Source: Oscillospiraceae bacterium
GTDB taxonomy: Bacteria; Bacillota; Clostridia; Oscillospirales; Ruminococcaceae
NCBI GenBank assembly: GCA_036641735.1
Contig: JAVWEG010000001.1
Location: 4,287-68,286 of the forward strand
Reading direction: 5' to 3'
Length of the DNA: 64,000 nucleotides
The position numbers and the translations under genes are program-made. The notes beneath the pieces are model-generated. The model was not told the DNA's origin and made no database searches. It was given only the letters and a program-made list of their open reading frames with translations. This document shows, piece after piece, positions 9,828 through 19,503 of the stretch. Within the stretch, counting starts at the first letter, position 1, and every line of letters begins with the position of its first letter.

Positions 9828-10632
9828 CCGCCCGATAGGGGTATTCGATTCAGGGCTTGGCGGGCTTACGGCAGTGCGTGAGCTATGCAAAATTTTGCCA
9901 AACGAAAGCATTGTGTATTTTGGCGATACGGGACGTATACCGTATGGCACAAGAGGGCGCGATACCATTATAAAATATGCCGAGCAAGACATTGCTTTTT
10001 TACTTACAAAAGATGTAAAATATATTATGGCAGCTTGCGGCACAGTGAGCAGTACATTCCCAAAAGAAAAATCCGCAGCATTGCCTGTGCCTTATATTGG
10101 GGTAGTAAACAGCGCCGCAAAGGCGGCTGTAGCGGCAAGCTCTCAAGGGCGCATAGGGATACTCGGTACATCTGCCACAATAGCTTCAAACAGCTATAAT
10201 AAAGCAATATTGGAAATATTGCCCACAGCACAGCTTACGGCTACAGCTTGTCCTTTATTTGTGCCATTAGTGGAAAACGGATATATAAATAAGGACAATA
10301 AAATAACAAGGCTTGCGGCAGAAGAATATTTGCAAGAGGCAAAGCGGGCAAATGTGGATACGCTGATACTCGGATGCACACATTATCCGCTTTTAAGTGA
10401 TATTTTGCACGATATAATGGGCAGTGGGGTTACATTGATAGATCCCGGATTTTGCGCGGCACACAGCGCAAAGCAGGAGCTTGCAAAATCCGATTTATTA
10501 AGTGCAAACAAAACAGAAAAAACCGTTTGCGAATATTATGTAAGCGACAATGTAGAGAGCTTTAAAGCTTTATCTAAAGTGTTTTTAAAAGAGTATGCAG
10601 GTGGCGATTGTCGGCTTGCAAGTGTAGATTAG
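9820..10632 (+). CDS. murI: Glutamate racemase
   Basis: IGVFDSGLGGLT start and both catalytic-Cys contexts (AACGT, GCTHYP). Overlaps ddl by 8 nt. Confidence 0.95.
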   Translation: MDNRPIGVFDSGLGGLTAVRELCKILPNESIVYFGDTGRIPYGTRGRDTIIKYAEQDIAFLLTKDVKYIMAACGTVSSTFPKEKSAALPVPYIGVVNSAAKAAVAASSQGRIGILGTSATIASNSYNKAILEILPTAQLTATACPLFVPLVENGYINKDNKITRLAAEEYLQEAKRANVDTLILGCTHYPLLSDILHDIMGSGVTLIDPGFCAAHSAKQELAKSDLLSANKTEKTVCEYYVSDNVESFKALSKVFLKEYAGGDCRLASVD

Positions 10633-10651
10633 TATATTAAGAGGGCATAAA

Positions 10652-11080
10652 ATGAAGGACGATTATCTTATCACAATAAATGGCACAATGGAGCAGCACG
10701 GTGACGTGGACAGTATAGAGCTGATGACACGAGGTACATTTGTAAAGCGCGGAAGCTCGTTTTTTATCAGCTACGAGGAGAGCGAAGCTACAGGATACAA
10801 AGGCTCGATGACTACCGTAAAGGTAGATGATAGCGGCTCTTTGATAAGTATGCTGCGCTTTGGCACTGCACCCAGCCAATTGGTAATAGAAAAAGGACGG
10901 CGCCACGTATGCCATTACGAAACAGGGCAAGGGGCATTGTCGCTCGGAGTATCTGCCGATGAGATAGTGAGTGAGCTTACTGAAAATGGCGGAACGGTGC
11001 GCTTTAGCTATATGCTAGACACCGATACTACGGCATTGTCACGCAATACAGTAAATATTACGGTTAAGCCGGCTAATTGA
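10652..11080 (+). CDS. DUF1934 (YwiB-like) beta-barrel protein
   Basis: 142 aa sitting immediately upstream of argS. As far as I recall, that is the usual position for DUF1934 genes in Firmicutes. The sequence is beta-strand-rich and acidic. Confidence 0.65.
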   Translation: MKDDYLITINGTMEQHGDVDSIELMTRGTFVKRGSSFFISYEESEATGYKGSMTTVKVDDSGSLISMLRFGTAPSQLVIEKGRRHVCHYETGQGALSLGVSADEIVSELTENGGTVRFSYMLDTDTTALSRNTVNITVKPAN

Positions 11081-11095
11081 TTATAGGAGTATATT

Positions 11096-12781
11096 ATGAA
11101 TAATTATTTTAATCCAAAGCAAAATGCAATGCAAAAGGCTGATATGCTTTTGCGCAAAGCGGCGGCATCAGCATATCCGAATACCGAATTGCCAAATTAT
11201 GTGGTAGAGATACCATCAGATAATAAAAACGGTGATTTTGCCACAAATATTGCGCTTGCAGGCGCAAAGAGCTTTCACGCCGCACCGCGTATGATAGCGG
11301 ACAAGCTGGTAGCTAATATAGACCTTGAGGGCAGCGTATTTAGCAAGCTTGAGATTGCAGGCCCGGGATTTATTAACTTTTTTCTCGGTGACGGATATTA
11401 TTGCGATGTAATTAACGGTGTGCTTACTGAGGGCGACGATTATGGCCGCACAGATTACGGTAAGCACACAAAGGTAAACGTGGAATTTGTATCCGCTAAC
11501 CCCACAGGCCCTATGCATCTTGGCAATGCGCGCGGCGGCGCACTTGGAGATTGCCTTGCGGCGGCGCTCGACTGGGCAGGATACGATGTAACTCGTGAAT
11601 TTCTTATAAACGATGCAGGTAACCAAATAGTAAAATTCGGCAATAGCCTTGCGGCAAGATATATGCAGATATTTAAGGGCGAGGATGCAGTGGAATTTCC
11701 TGAAGACGGATATCAGGGCGAAGATATCAAAACACTTGCAAATGAATTTAAAGAGCTTGTAGGCGACGAATATGTAAATAAGCCAAATGAGCTTAATAAG
11801 GCAATTACGGATTTTGCTTTACCTAAAAATGTGCAGGGGCTTAAAGATGCACTCAGAAAATATCGTATAAAATACGATGTGTGGTTCAGCGAAACCACCT
11901 TGCACGAGGAGGGCGCTGTAAAGGCAATAATAGATAAGCTAAACGAAAAGGGCGCTACCTACGAAAAGGACGGCGCTGTGTGGTATAAAGCAAGCGAGTA
12001 CGGAGCTGAAAAAGACGAGGTGCTTGTGCGCGCAAACGGTATTCCCACATATTTTGCCTCGGATATTGCGTACCATTACAATAAATTTGTCACAAGAGGA
12101 TTTGACATTGCAATAGATGTATGGGGAGCAGACCACCACGGACACGTAGCGCGTATGAAAGGCGCTATGGATGCTATAGGTCTTGACGGAACAAAGCTTG
12201 ATGTAGTGCTGATGCAGCTTGTCCGCTTAGTGAAAAACGGTGAGCAAATTCGTATGAGCAAGCGCACAGGCAAGGCGATAGCACTCACCGATTTATTAGA
12301 CGAGGTGCCTATAGATTCCGCACGATTTTTCTTTAATCTGCGTGAGCCGCAAAGCCAAATGGAGTTCGATTTAGGGCTTGCCGTAAGCGAAGATTCGGAT
12401 AATCCCGTATATTATGTGCAGTACGCGCACGCGCGCATTTGCAGTATAATCAAAAATCTTGCGGCGGAGGGCATAGAGTTTAAGGGTGCTGCGCAATGCA
12501 ATATTTCGCTTGCAAGCACAAATGAAGAACGTGAGCTGATACGTCATATTGCCGCGTTCCCGGACGAAATTATTGCCGCTGCCAAAAATTACGATCCTGC
12601 TCGTATTACGCGCTACACAGTAGAGCTTGCCACTATTTACCATAAATTTTACAATGTGTGCAGAGTAAAAGAAACACAAGAGGATTTGTGCCAAGCAAGG
12701 CTTGCTTTGTGCTGTGCCACCAAAACAGTAATTAAAAACGCACTTACTATGCTTAAAATCACCGTGCCTGAATATATGTAA
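11096..12781 (+). CDS. argS: Arginine--tRNA ligase
   Basis: Class I HIGH-type motif (PTGPMHLGNARG), an MSKRTG KMSKS-like motif and the C-terminal DALR anticodon-binding region. Confidence 0.97.
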   Translation: MNNYFNPKQNAMQKADMLLRKAAASAYPNTELPNYVVEIPSDNKNGDFATNIALAGAKSFHAAPRMIADKLVANIDLEGSVFSKLEIAGPGFINFFLGDGYYCDVINGVLTEGDDYGRTDYGKHTKVNVEFVSANPTGPMHLGNARGGALGDCLAAALDWAGYDVTREFLINDAGNQIVKFGNSLAARYMQIFKGEDAVEFPEDGYQGEDIKTLANEFKELVGDEYVNKPNELNKAITDFALPKNVQGLKDALRKYRIKYDVWFSETTLHEEGAVKAIIDKLNEKGATYEKDGAVWYKASEYGAEKDEVLVRANGIPTYFASDIAYHYNKFVTRGFDIAIDVWGADHHGHVARMKGAMDAIGLDGTKLDVVLMQLVRLVKNGEQIRMSKRTGKAIALTDLLDEVPIDSARFFFNLREPQSQMEFDLGLAVSEDSDNPVYYVQYAHARICSIIKNLAAEGIEFKGAAQCNISLASTNEERELIRHIAAFPDEIIAAAKNYDPARITRYTVELATIYHKFYNVCRVKETQEDLCQARLALCCATKTVIKNALTMLKITVPEYM

Positions 12782-12794
12782 TATTGGAGAAAAT

Positions 12795-13463
12795 ATGCAA
12801 TACGTATTTATCGCTGTTTATTTAATACTTGTGGCGCTGCTGATTTACGTGGCATATTCAAAGCATTTTGCATACTATACTTTAGCTAAAACAGCGGCGA
12901 GTCTCGGCTTTATAGCCGTGGCTTTTGCCGCTTATTTTTATGGCGGTAAAAATAATCCGCAGTATTTTTATGCCGTTTTGCCGTGCCTTATTTTGTGCCT
13001 TGCAGGTGATGTACTGCTGGGGCTTGCCAACAATAAAGGCAAGCTGTTTTCAAGCTATTTTATTAAAGGCGTAATATTTTTTATGCTGGCACATATCGGA
13101 TTTTGCATAGTGTTTTCGTTTTTATCTCCATTTAAAATATACGATTTAATTTTGCCTGTAATATTATTATGCTTCACCTTTTGGTGCAGTAAAAGCGAGC
13201 GTTTTCGCCTAAAACGTATGAAACTGCCCGTAATGGCATATTCACTTTTTGTAGGGCTTATGTGTGCGCGCGGCTTGCAAGGGGGCATAGCGCTCGGCAA
13301 TTTACGAGGGATATACATAATACTCGGCAGCGTGCTGTTTTTATTGTCGGACGGGGTAATATTACTTTTGTATTTTCATATAAAGCAGCGTAAGCTAATG
13401 CGGTTTGCTAATTTGTTTACTTATTATATAGGGCTTTTATTTATAGCATTAAGCTGTGCATAA
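12795..13463 (+). CDS. YhhN-family (lysoplasmalogenase-like) membrane protein
   Basis: Polytopic 222-aa protein with YhhN-type motifs LAGDVLL, FMLAHIGF and LFLLSDGVIL. Confidence 0.6.
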   Translation: MQYVFIAVYLILVALLIYVAYSKHFAYYTLAKTAASLGFIAVAFAAYFYGGKNNPQYFYAVLPCLILCLAGDVLLGLANNKGKLFSSYFIKGVIFFMLAHIGFCIVFSFLSPFKIYDLILPVILLCFTFWCSKSERFRLKRMKLPVMAYSLFVGLMCARGLQGGIALGNLRGIYIILGSVLFLLSDGVILLLYFHIKQRKLMRFANLFTYYIGLLFIALSCA

Positions 13464-13476
13464 AGCTGTAAATAAA

Positions 13477-13511
13477 AATGGTGACGCTCATTTGAGTGCC
13501 ACCATTTTTTT
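13477..13511 (+). terminator. Intrinsic terminator after the ddl-murI-DUF1934-argS-yhhN unit
   Basis: AATGGTG...CACCATT stem followed by a T6 run. Confidence 0.5.
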
Positions 13512-13667
13512 ATATTCTGTAGGGGTACAGCCAAAGCTGCTTCTGAAAATTTGGCTGAGATATTGCGCGTTACCGTTAAAGCCGCACAGCTCCGACAGCT
13601 CATCGTTTGCCAAATGCTTTTTGTGTAAACGCGTTCCACGGATATACTTTTTAATAAATTTCGCCTT
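13488..13667 (-). pseudogene. Remnant of an AraC/XylS-family regulator; only the last ~59 codons of the HTH domain remain and there is no start codon
   Basis: The minus-strand frame reads KAKFIKKYIRGTRLHKKHLANDELSELCGFNGNAQYLSQIFRSSFGCTPTEYKKMVALK*. This is a typical second-HTH end of an AraC protein. An in-frame TGA lies immediately upstream (13668-13670). It is absent from the ORF track. Confidence 0.6.
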
Positions 13668-13795
13668 TCAAATTAGCGAGTGGTTTTATTACAAGCTAAG
13701 AATACCAAACTTATTGTAAGTTGTTAATAAAAAAATCAGATATTAGTGTTTAAAATATAGCTATAATTAAATACTAAAGGGATATAACGCTTTTG

Positions 13796-13824
13796 TTGAA
13801 GCAAAGCAAAGGAAGTGCTATACT
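13796..13824 (+). promoter_or_regulatory. Candidate sigma-A promoter of sdaAB-sdaAA
   Basis: TTGAAG - 17 nt - TATACT, about 35 nt upstream of the Shine-Dalgarno site and start codon. Confidence 0.45.
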
Positions 13825-13857
13825 ATATTTTACGGCAATTTAAACTGTGGAGGCAAT

Positions 13858-14523
13858 ATGAATATAAGCATTTTTGATGTAATAGGTCCTGTAATGATAG
13901 GCCCGTCATCGTCTCATACGGCAGGTGCGGCACGCTTTGCACGAGCGGCGGCGATGCTGTGCGCAAGCAAATTTGATGAAGTGCGCTTTAGCTTGCACGG
14001 TTCGTTTGCACTTACGGGCGAAGGACACGGCACACACGAAGCATTGCTCGGCGGCGCACTGGGACTAGAGGCAGACGACGAGCGCATAAAAGGCGCTTTC
14101 GCTTTGGCAGAAAAGCAAGGGGTAAAAGCGGTTTTCGATAATGTGGAAATGCCCGATGCACACGCAAATTCTGCGCGCATAGCATTTTATTGCGAAACCG
14201 ACAAAAAATGCGAAGTGGAGGGCAGCAGTATCGGCGGCGGACGCATATTAATTACAGGCATAAACGGCTGTAAAGTGCAGCTTTCCTGTGAGCGCCCCAC
14301 ATTAATTATTACGCAGAGAGACGAGCCGGGAGTGGTGAGCGAGATTACGGGACATTTGGCACACGGCGGCATTAATATAGCACTAATGCAGGTAACGCGC
14401 AAAGAAAAAGGCAAGACAGCTTGTACAGTGATTGAAACAGACAGCGATATACCTATTAGTGTAAAACAAGAGCTGGAAAAAGCAGATAATATTATTTCTG
14501 TACAGATATTAGATATGAAATAA
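13858..14523 (+). CDS. sdaAB: L-serine ammonia-lyase (Fe-S dependent), beta subunit
   Basis: SIFDVIGPVMIGPSSSHTAGA start plus a C-terminal ACT-like domain. Followed by the alpha subunit gene. Confidence 0.9.
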   Translation: MNISIFDVIGPVMIGPSSSHTAGAARFARAAAMLCASKFDEVRFSLHGSFALTGEGHGTHEALLGGALGLEADDERIKGAFALAEKQGVKAVFDNVEMPDAHANSARIAFYCETDKKCEVEGSSIGGGRILITGINGCKVQLSCERPTLIITQRDEPGVVSEITGHLAHGGINIALMQVTRKEKGKTACTVIETDSDIPISVKQELEKADNIISVQILDMK

Positions 14524-14532
14524 GGCGGTAAT

Positions 14533-15390
14533 ATGTATAATAATATAGCGCAATTAATAAAAAGCAGTGAAAATGCACCGCTGTATGAGGTGGTGTTAAA
14601 TAACGAAATCAGCCTTTCGGGAAAAACGCGAGAAGAAGTGCTGAGTAAAGTGATTATGTCGCTGGACGTAATGAAAAAAAGCGCCGTAAAAGCGCTGAAT
14701 AAGCCGCAATCTATGATAGGCGGGCTCATCAGCGGACAGGCAGAGCGGCAAAACAGCTACAGCAAAAGCAATACATTGATGGGCGGCGAAATAAACGAGC
14801 TTATGGCTTCGGCTTTTTCGTGCAGCGAGGTAAACGCATCTATGGGGCGCATATGTGCGGCGCCTACGGCAGGTGCGTGCGGCATATTGCCGTCTGTGCT
14901 TTTGTATGTGCAAAAACGCATTGGCTGCAATGATGAAAAGCTTGTGCAGGCATTGCTGGTAGCATCGGGATTTGGCGCTGTAATAATGCGCAACGCGACG
15001 GTGAGCGGCGCAGAGGGTGGGTGCCAAGCGGAGTGCGGTACAGCAGCCGCTATGGCGGCGGCAGCGGCGGTATACCTTGCAGGAGGCAGTGCCGAGATGT
15101 GCGCCAATGCCGCGGCAATAGCTATTATTAATTGTATGGGGCTTATCTGCGATCCTGTGGCAGGGCTTGTGCAGCTTCCTTGCTCGTTTCGCAATGCGAG
15201 CGGCAGTGTAAACGCTATTGCAAGCGCCGATATGGCACTTGCAGGGCAAACGAGCGTTATTCCGCCCGATGAAGTGGTGGAGGCAATGTATCGTGTGGGC
15301 AAAAGCTTGCCTAGCAGCCTGAGGGAAACAGCGCAAGGCGGTATTGCAGATACAGCTAAGGCACGGGAAATAGAAAAACAAATAAAATAA
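14533..15390 (+). CDS. sdaAA: L-serine ammonia-lyase (Fe-S dependent), alpha subunit
   Basis: Conserved GRICAAPTAGACGILP and AEGGCQAECG cysteine motifs. Confidence 0.9.
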   Translation: MYNNIAQLIKSSENAPLYEVVLNNEISLSGKTREEVLSKVIMSLDVMKKSAVKALNKPQSMIGGLISGQAERQNSYSKSNTLMGGEINELMASAFSCSEVNASMGRICAAPTAGACGILPSVLLYVQKRIGCNDEKLVQALLVASGFGAVIMRNATVSGAEGGCQAECGTAAAMAAAAAVYLAGGSAEMCANAAAIAIINCMGLICDPVAGLVQLPCSFRNASGSVNAIASADMALAGQTSVIPPDEVVEAMYRVGKSLPSSLRETAQGGIADTAKAREIEKQIK

Positions 15391-15398
15391 ATAAAAAC

Positions 15399-15435
15399 AA
15401 TGGAGCTGCAAGCACAATTTGCTTGCAGCTCCATT
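15399..15435. terminator. Bidirectional terminator between sdaAA and rbr
   Basis: Perfect 15-bp stem AATGGAGCTGCAAGC / GCTTGCAGCTCCATT with a 7-nt loop and A/T-rich flanks. Confidence 0.75.
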
Positions 15436-15451
15436 GGATTTTAAGTAAAAA

Positions 15452-15985
15452 TTACAGCTTTTCAAATGCGCCGATAGCTTGGCATACGGGGCATACGTCC
15501 AATGGATTTTCACTCTCCATACCGCAGAACATACAGCGATATGCAGGGGTAGGCTTAGTGGGCGCTTGTATTTCGGGCTTTTTACCCGATTGCGTTTGAT
15601 TTTTGATAAAAGCTTCTAAAAAAGTGCGCTCGTGAGTGGACTCTATCTCAGCTACTTTCTCAAACATCAAAGCTAAATCTTCAAGACCGTCGGCGCGTGC
15701 CTGCTTTGCAAAATCGGGATACATACTGCGCCACTCATAGTTTTCACCCTGCGCCGCCGCTGTAAGATTGTCGTCAGTGTTGCCAAGCCCGTCGTTTATC
15801 AGCTTAAACCATAGCTTTGCGTGAGCAAGCTCGTTTTTAGCCATACGCTCAAATAATGCTTGTGCATCTGCATTGCCTTCAGCTTTTGCCGCCTCGGCAA
15901 AAAACAGATATTTAGAGCGTGCCATACTTTCGCCTGCAAAAGCGGATTTGATGTTTTCTTCTGATTTTGTACCTTTAATATTCAT
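15452..15985 (-). CDS. rbr: Rubrerythrin
   Basis: Ferritin-like di-iron ExxH motifs (NELAHAKL, IESTHERTF) plus a C-terminal rubredoxin-type CxxC...CxxC (CMFCG...CPVC). Confidence 0.9.
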   Translation of the reverse strand: MNIKGTKSEENIKSAFAGESMARSKYLFFAEAAKAEGNADAQALFERMAKNELAHAKLWFKLINDGLGNTDDNLTAAAQGENYEWRSMYPDFAKQARADGLEDLALMFEKVAEIESTHERTFLEAFIKNQTQSGKKPEIQAPTKPTPAYRCMFCGMESENPLDVCPVCQAIGAFEKL

Positions 15986-16003
15986 TTTATTTTCTCCTTG
16001 TTT

Positions 16004-16771
16004 TTATTTACCTAAATCTCTTAGGATATCAAGCTTTGTTTTAAGCGCCATTACGGCTATTTCGGATATACGGGTATCGTCCATTTGCGGAGCTAAGCCC
16101 GATATGCTGAAAGCGGCTTCACAACGTCCGTCACCGCTGCCAAGCGGCACAGCCACGCATCTAATGCCAAGCTCGTTTTCTTCATCATCTATGGCATAGC
16201 CTGTTTGTAAAATAGTATCCAGCTGCATTTGCAATACAGAGAAATCTGTAATTGTATGGGGGGTAAGCTTTTTTATCTCGCTTTTTTTCCATATTCTTTC
16301 TACCTGCGCCGTCGGCAAGCACGACAAAATAGCTTTGCCTACGCCTGTGCAATACATAGGTATGCGCAAACCCACGTGGCTGGACATTCTCATATTACCG
16401 CTCTGCGCTTCCGCCTTATATACATATACAATATCTGCGCCGTCGGGTATTACAAGATGTACAGCTTCACCCGTGTGCCTAGCCAGTCTGTCAAGATGTC
16501 CGCGCGCTATTGAAATGATATCCATATCATTTACTACACGGCTAGACAGCTCGTAAAGCTTTAGCGTAAGGCGGTATGCGGAGCTAAACGAATCCTGCAC
16601 TACAATGCCTTGCGCAATAAGGCTTGCTAAAAGGCGATGTGCCGTGCTTTTAGCAAGCGAGGTTTTAGTGGCAATGGCTTGCAACGTCATACCTTTAGAA
16701 TGTGTGGACAGCACCTCAATTATATTAAATATGCGAGTTACGGATTGTACATTGCCGTCTGCTTCACTCAT
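16004..16771 (-). CDS. IclR-family transcriptional regulator
   Basis: N-terminal winged HTH (VTRIFNIIEVLS...SLAKSTAHRLLASL) and a C-terminal IclR effector domain. Ends 18 nt upstream of the rbr start. Confidence 0.85.
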   Translation of the reverse strand: MSEADGNVQSVTRIFNIIEVLSTHSKGMTLQAIATKTSLAKSTAHRLLASLIAQGIVVQDSFSSAYRLTLKLYELSSRVVNDMDIISIARGHLDRLARHTGEAVHLVIPDGADIVYVYKAEAQSGNMRMSSHVGLRIPMYCTGVGKAILSCLPTAQVERIWKKSEIKKLTPHTITDFSVLQMQLDTILQTGYAIDDEENELGIRCVAVPLGSGDGRCEAAFSISGLAPQMDDTRISEIAVMALKTKLDILRDLGK

Positions 16772-16883
16772 TATTAAAACTCTCCGTTCCGTATAGTGAA
16801 ATTCTGTTTTAATAATACAATATCATAATCGGTTTTGCAAGAGCGCAAAAAAATTGCTTTTTAAAAAGTTTAAAAAATCGCTA

Positions 16884-16912
16884 TTGACGTATTAAATATA
16901 ATATGATATGAT
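16884..16912 (+). promoter_or_regulatory. Candidate sigma-A promoter of the rpmG-secE-nusG unit
   Basis: TTGACG - 17 nt - TATGAT, about 100 nt upstream of rpmG. Confidence 0.4.
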
Positions 16913-17013
16913 GATTGTACCTCTTTTGCAGGTTTATTTTTTTGTGTGCATTTTTTTATGTACCACCTGCTCGCGAGGGAGGCTAAACGACCGTTTAATG
17001 GAGGTGCCGAAGA

Positions 17014-17163
17014 ATGAGAGTAAAAATTACACTTGCTTGTACAGAGTGCAAACAGCGCAACTACAACACAATGAAGAACAAGAAGAACAGCCCTGACAGG
17101 CTCGAGATGAAAAAGTATTGCCGTTTTTGTAAAAAGCATACACTTCACCGCGAGACAAAGTAG
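17014..17163 (+). CDS. rpmG: 50S ribosomal protein L33
   Basis: The 49-codon ORF is below the ORF-track cutoff. It reads [49 protein letters not shown], has a GGAGG Shine-Dalgarno site and occupies the canonical position before secE. Confidence 0.9.
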   Translation: MRVKITLACTECKQRNYNTMKNKKNSPDRLEMKKYCRFCKKHTLHRETK

Positions 17164-17181
17164 AAAGGCGGTATTGGTATT

Positions 17182-17424
17182 ATGGCAGAAAAAACAAAGA
17201 AGAAAAAGAGCTTTTTCTCTGGTATCAAACGCTTTTTTGGCAACATAGCGAAATATTTCAGAGATACTGTCAGCGAGATGAAAAAGGTAGTGTGGCCTTC
17301 AAAAACCCAGATTATCAACAATACTATTGTTGTTATTGTTATAGTAACAATTGCGGCGGTAGTGATTTTCGGCCTTGACGCTATTTTTGGATTTACATTA
17401 AAAGCGCTATTGAAGTTGGCATAA
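17182..17424 (+). CDS. secE: Preprotein translocase subunit SecE
   Basis: 80 aa with a basic N-terminus, the KKVVWPS motif and a single C-terminal TM helix. Lies between rpmG and nusG. Confidence 0.85.
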   Translation: MAEKTKKKKSFFSGIKRFFGNIAKYFRDTVSEMKKVVWPSKTQIINNTIVVIVIVTIAAVVIFGLDAIFGFTLKALLKLA

Positions 17425-17463
17425 TAAGCAAGAGCTTGCATAAGCAGGCTCTTTATACGGGAG

Positions 17464-18003
17464 GTGCAGGATTTGGAGCAAGAAAACGACGGTATCGCGC
17501 GCTGGTATGTAGTGCATACTTATTCCGGCTACGAAAACAAGGTTTCGCAAAATCTTGAAACTATTGTAGAAAACAGGCGCCTGCAAGACCTTATTTGTGA
17601 GGTCAAGGTTCCCGTAGAGATAGTACCCGAGATAAAAGACGGCAAAGAGCGCGAGGTAGAGCATAAGCTTTTCCCCGGCTATGTGCTGGTAAAAATGGTG
17701 ATGACAGACGAAAGCTGGTACATTGTGCGTAATACGCGCGGTGTTACAGGATTTGTCGGCTCTACCACTAAGCCGGTGCCTTTGTCTGATGCAGAGGTAG
17801 ACGCACTGGGAGTAGATGTGCGTGAAGCGCAGCTAGACTATGCAGTTGGCGACAACGTGCAGGTAAACGAAGGTCCACTTGAGGGCTTTATAGGGCTTGT
17901 GGAAGCAATAGATTCACAGGCACAAAAGGTGACAGTGAAAGTATCTATGTTCGGGCGCGAAACGTCCGCAGAGCTTAGCTTACATCAAGTAAAGCCAATG
18001 TAA
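17464..18003 (+). CDS. nusG: Transcription termination/antitermination factor NusG
   Basis: RWYVVHTYSGYENKV NGN domain and a C-terminal KOW motif. The GTG at 17464 overlaps the GGGAGG Shine-Dalgarno site, so TTG at 17473 is an equally plausible start. Confidence 0.93.
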   Translation: MQDLEQENDGIARWYVVHTYSGYENKVSQNLETIVENRRLQDLICEVKVPVEIVPEIKDGKEREVEHKLFPGYVLVKMVMTDESWYIVRNTRGVTGFVGSTTKPVPLSDAEVDALGVDVREAQLDYAVGDNVQVNEGPLEGFIGLVEAIDSQAQKVTVKVSMFGRETSAELSLHQVKPM

Positions 18004-18117
18004 CAGCGATAAGATTAACGCCTTTACGGCGCTTTCTTATAGAGTGCTTTGCACTCGTGGGAGGATATGGCACAAGGTTATATCCGCAACATACCACAAT
18101 TTTAGGAGGTACACAAA

Positions 18118-18543
18118 ATGGCACAGAAGGTAGTAGGGCTTATAAAGCTCCAAATTCCCGCCGGCAAGGCTACTCCGGCACCGCCAGTTGGTCCTGCGCT
18201 TGGACAGCACGGCGTTAACATTATGTCTTTTACCAAAGAATTTAACGAGCGCACACAAAAGGATATCGGTTATCTTATTCCTGTAGTCATCACAGTATAT
18301 GCAGATCGTTCCTTTAGCTTTATCACAAAAACACCACCTGCAGCGACATTGATTAAAAAAGCAATCAATATCGAAAAGGGTTCAGGTGTGCCTAACAAAA
18401 CTAAGGTTTCGAGCATTACAAGGGCTCAGCTGCAAGAGATTGCTACCACAAAGATGTCTGACCTCAATGCAGCAAACATTGAAACAGCCATTAGTATGAT
18501 AGCCGGTACTTGCCGCAGTATGGGCGTTACGGTAACAGAGTAA
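18118..18543 (+). CDS. rplK: 50S ribosomal protein L11
   Basis: [27 protein letters not shown] signature. Confidence 0.97.
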   Translation: MAQKVVGLIKLQIPAGKATPAPPVGPALGQHGVNIMSFTKEFNERTQKDIGYLIPVVITVYADRSFSFITKTPPAATLIKKAINIEKGSGVPNKTKVSSITRAQLQEIATTKMSDLNAANIETAISMIAGTCRSMGVTVTE

Positions 18544-18603
18544 GCATACGCTACTCATTATTAGTGGGAGGAGCTTATCCGCTAAAACCACAGGAGGAAT
18601 AAT

Positions 18604-19299
18604 ATGAAAAATGGTAAACATTATGTCGACAGCGCTAAGCTGATTGACCGTACAAAACAATATGAAGGCGAAGAAGCTTTGGCACTTTGCTGCCAGACAG
18701 CAAAGGCAAAGTTTGATGAAACAGTAGAGCTGCACGTACGCCTCGGCGTAGACAGCCGTCACGCAGACCAGCAGGTACGCGGTGCTGTTATTTTGCCAAA
18801 CGGTACAGGTAAAACTGTGCGTGTTATAGCTATTGCCAAAGGTGATGCCGCAAAGGCAGCCGAAGCAGCAGGTGCTATGATGGTAGGCGACAAGGACTTA
18901 GTAGACAAAATCAAGAACGAAGGCTTCGTAGATTTTGATGTGCTGGTTACTTCGCCTGATATGATGGGACTTGTAGGTCCTTTAGGTAAGGTTTTAGGAC
19001 CTCGCGGTTTGATGCCTAACCCTAAGGCAGGTACAGTTACAGCCGATGTAGGCCGTGCAGTTACCGAAGCTATGGCAGGTAAAATCGAGTATCGTCTCGA
19101 CAAAGCAAATATCATTCACGTGCCAATCGGCAAGGCATCTTTTGGTGCTGAAAAGCTTGCAGCAAACCTTAAAGTAGTAATGGATGCAATAGTAAAGGCA
19201 AAGCCGGCAGCGGCAAAGGGCCAATACGTGCGCTCTGCTACAGTGGCTTCTACTATGGGCCCCGGGGTACGTCTCAACGCAGGCAAATACGGCGCATAA
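18604..19299 (+). CDS. rplA: 50S ribosomal protein L1
   Basis: [22 protein letters not shown] and [15 protein letters not shown] signatures. Confidence 0.97.
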   Translation: MKNGKHYVDSAKLIDRTKQYEGEEALALCCQTAKAKFDETVELHVRLGVDSRHADQQVRGAVILPNGTGKTVRVIAIAKGDAAKAAEAAGAMMVGDKDLVDKIKNEGFVDFDVLVTSPDMMGLVGPLGKVLGPRGLMPNPKAGTVTADVGRAVTEAMAGKIEYRLDKANIIHVPIGKASFGAEKLAANLKVVMDAIVKAKPAAAKGQYVRSATVASTMGPGVRLNAGKYGA

Positions 19300-19306
19300 T
19301 TAGTGC

Positions 19307-19335
19307 TTGACAAAAGCACTGTATAGCGCTATAAT
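19307..19335 (+). promoter_or_regulatory. Consensus sigma-A promoter of rplJL
   Basis: Perfect TTGACA - 17 nt - TATAAT. Confidence 0.65.
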
Positions 19336-19339
19336 AAAA

Positions 19340-19486
19340 AAGCTGTTTTAAAGACAGCAGGTGCTTTATTAAAACACATTGTGTTTATAATGATAACGCA
19401 TAAAGGGCTCGCCCACCTGCCGAGAAACGCTCTAAAGTATTGTACTTTTCTGCCTCTTTCTCGTCTTACGGGAAAGAGGCTTTTTA
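19340..19486 (+). promoter_or_regulatory. L10-leader-type 5' UTR ending in an attenuator hairpin
   Basis: The ~165-nt leader between the promoter and rplJ ends in GCCTCTTTC-N11-GAAAGAGGC plus T5 (19452-19485). This fits the Firmicute L10(L12)4 autoregulatory leader (Rfam L10_leader family). I did not check the covariance model. Confidence 0.5.
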
Positions 19487-19503
19487 TTGATTAACGAAAC
19501 GAG

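Noticed and set aside
14596-15513. Very long antisense ORFs (305 aa at 14596-15513 and 225 aa at 14757-15434) opposite sdaAA.
   Set aside because: They lie entirely inside a confidently identified, Ala/Gly-rich, GC-rich coding region. Their translations are low-complexity (Ala/Arg/Cys/His-rich) with no Shine-Dalgarno site or recognisable motifs. This is a typical shadow-ORF artefact.
18004-18117. Possible L1-binding autoregulatory leader upstream of rplK (GGGAGGATATGGCACAAGG...).
   Set aside because: I could not reconstruct the L1 rRNA-mimic structure by eye. Only a generic purine-rich stretch is present, so I leave it unannotated.
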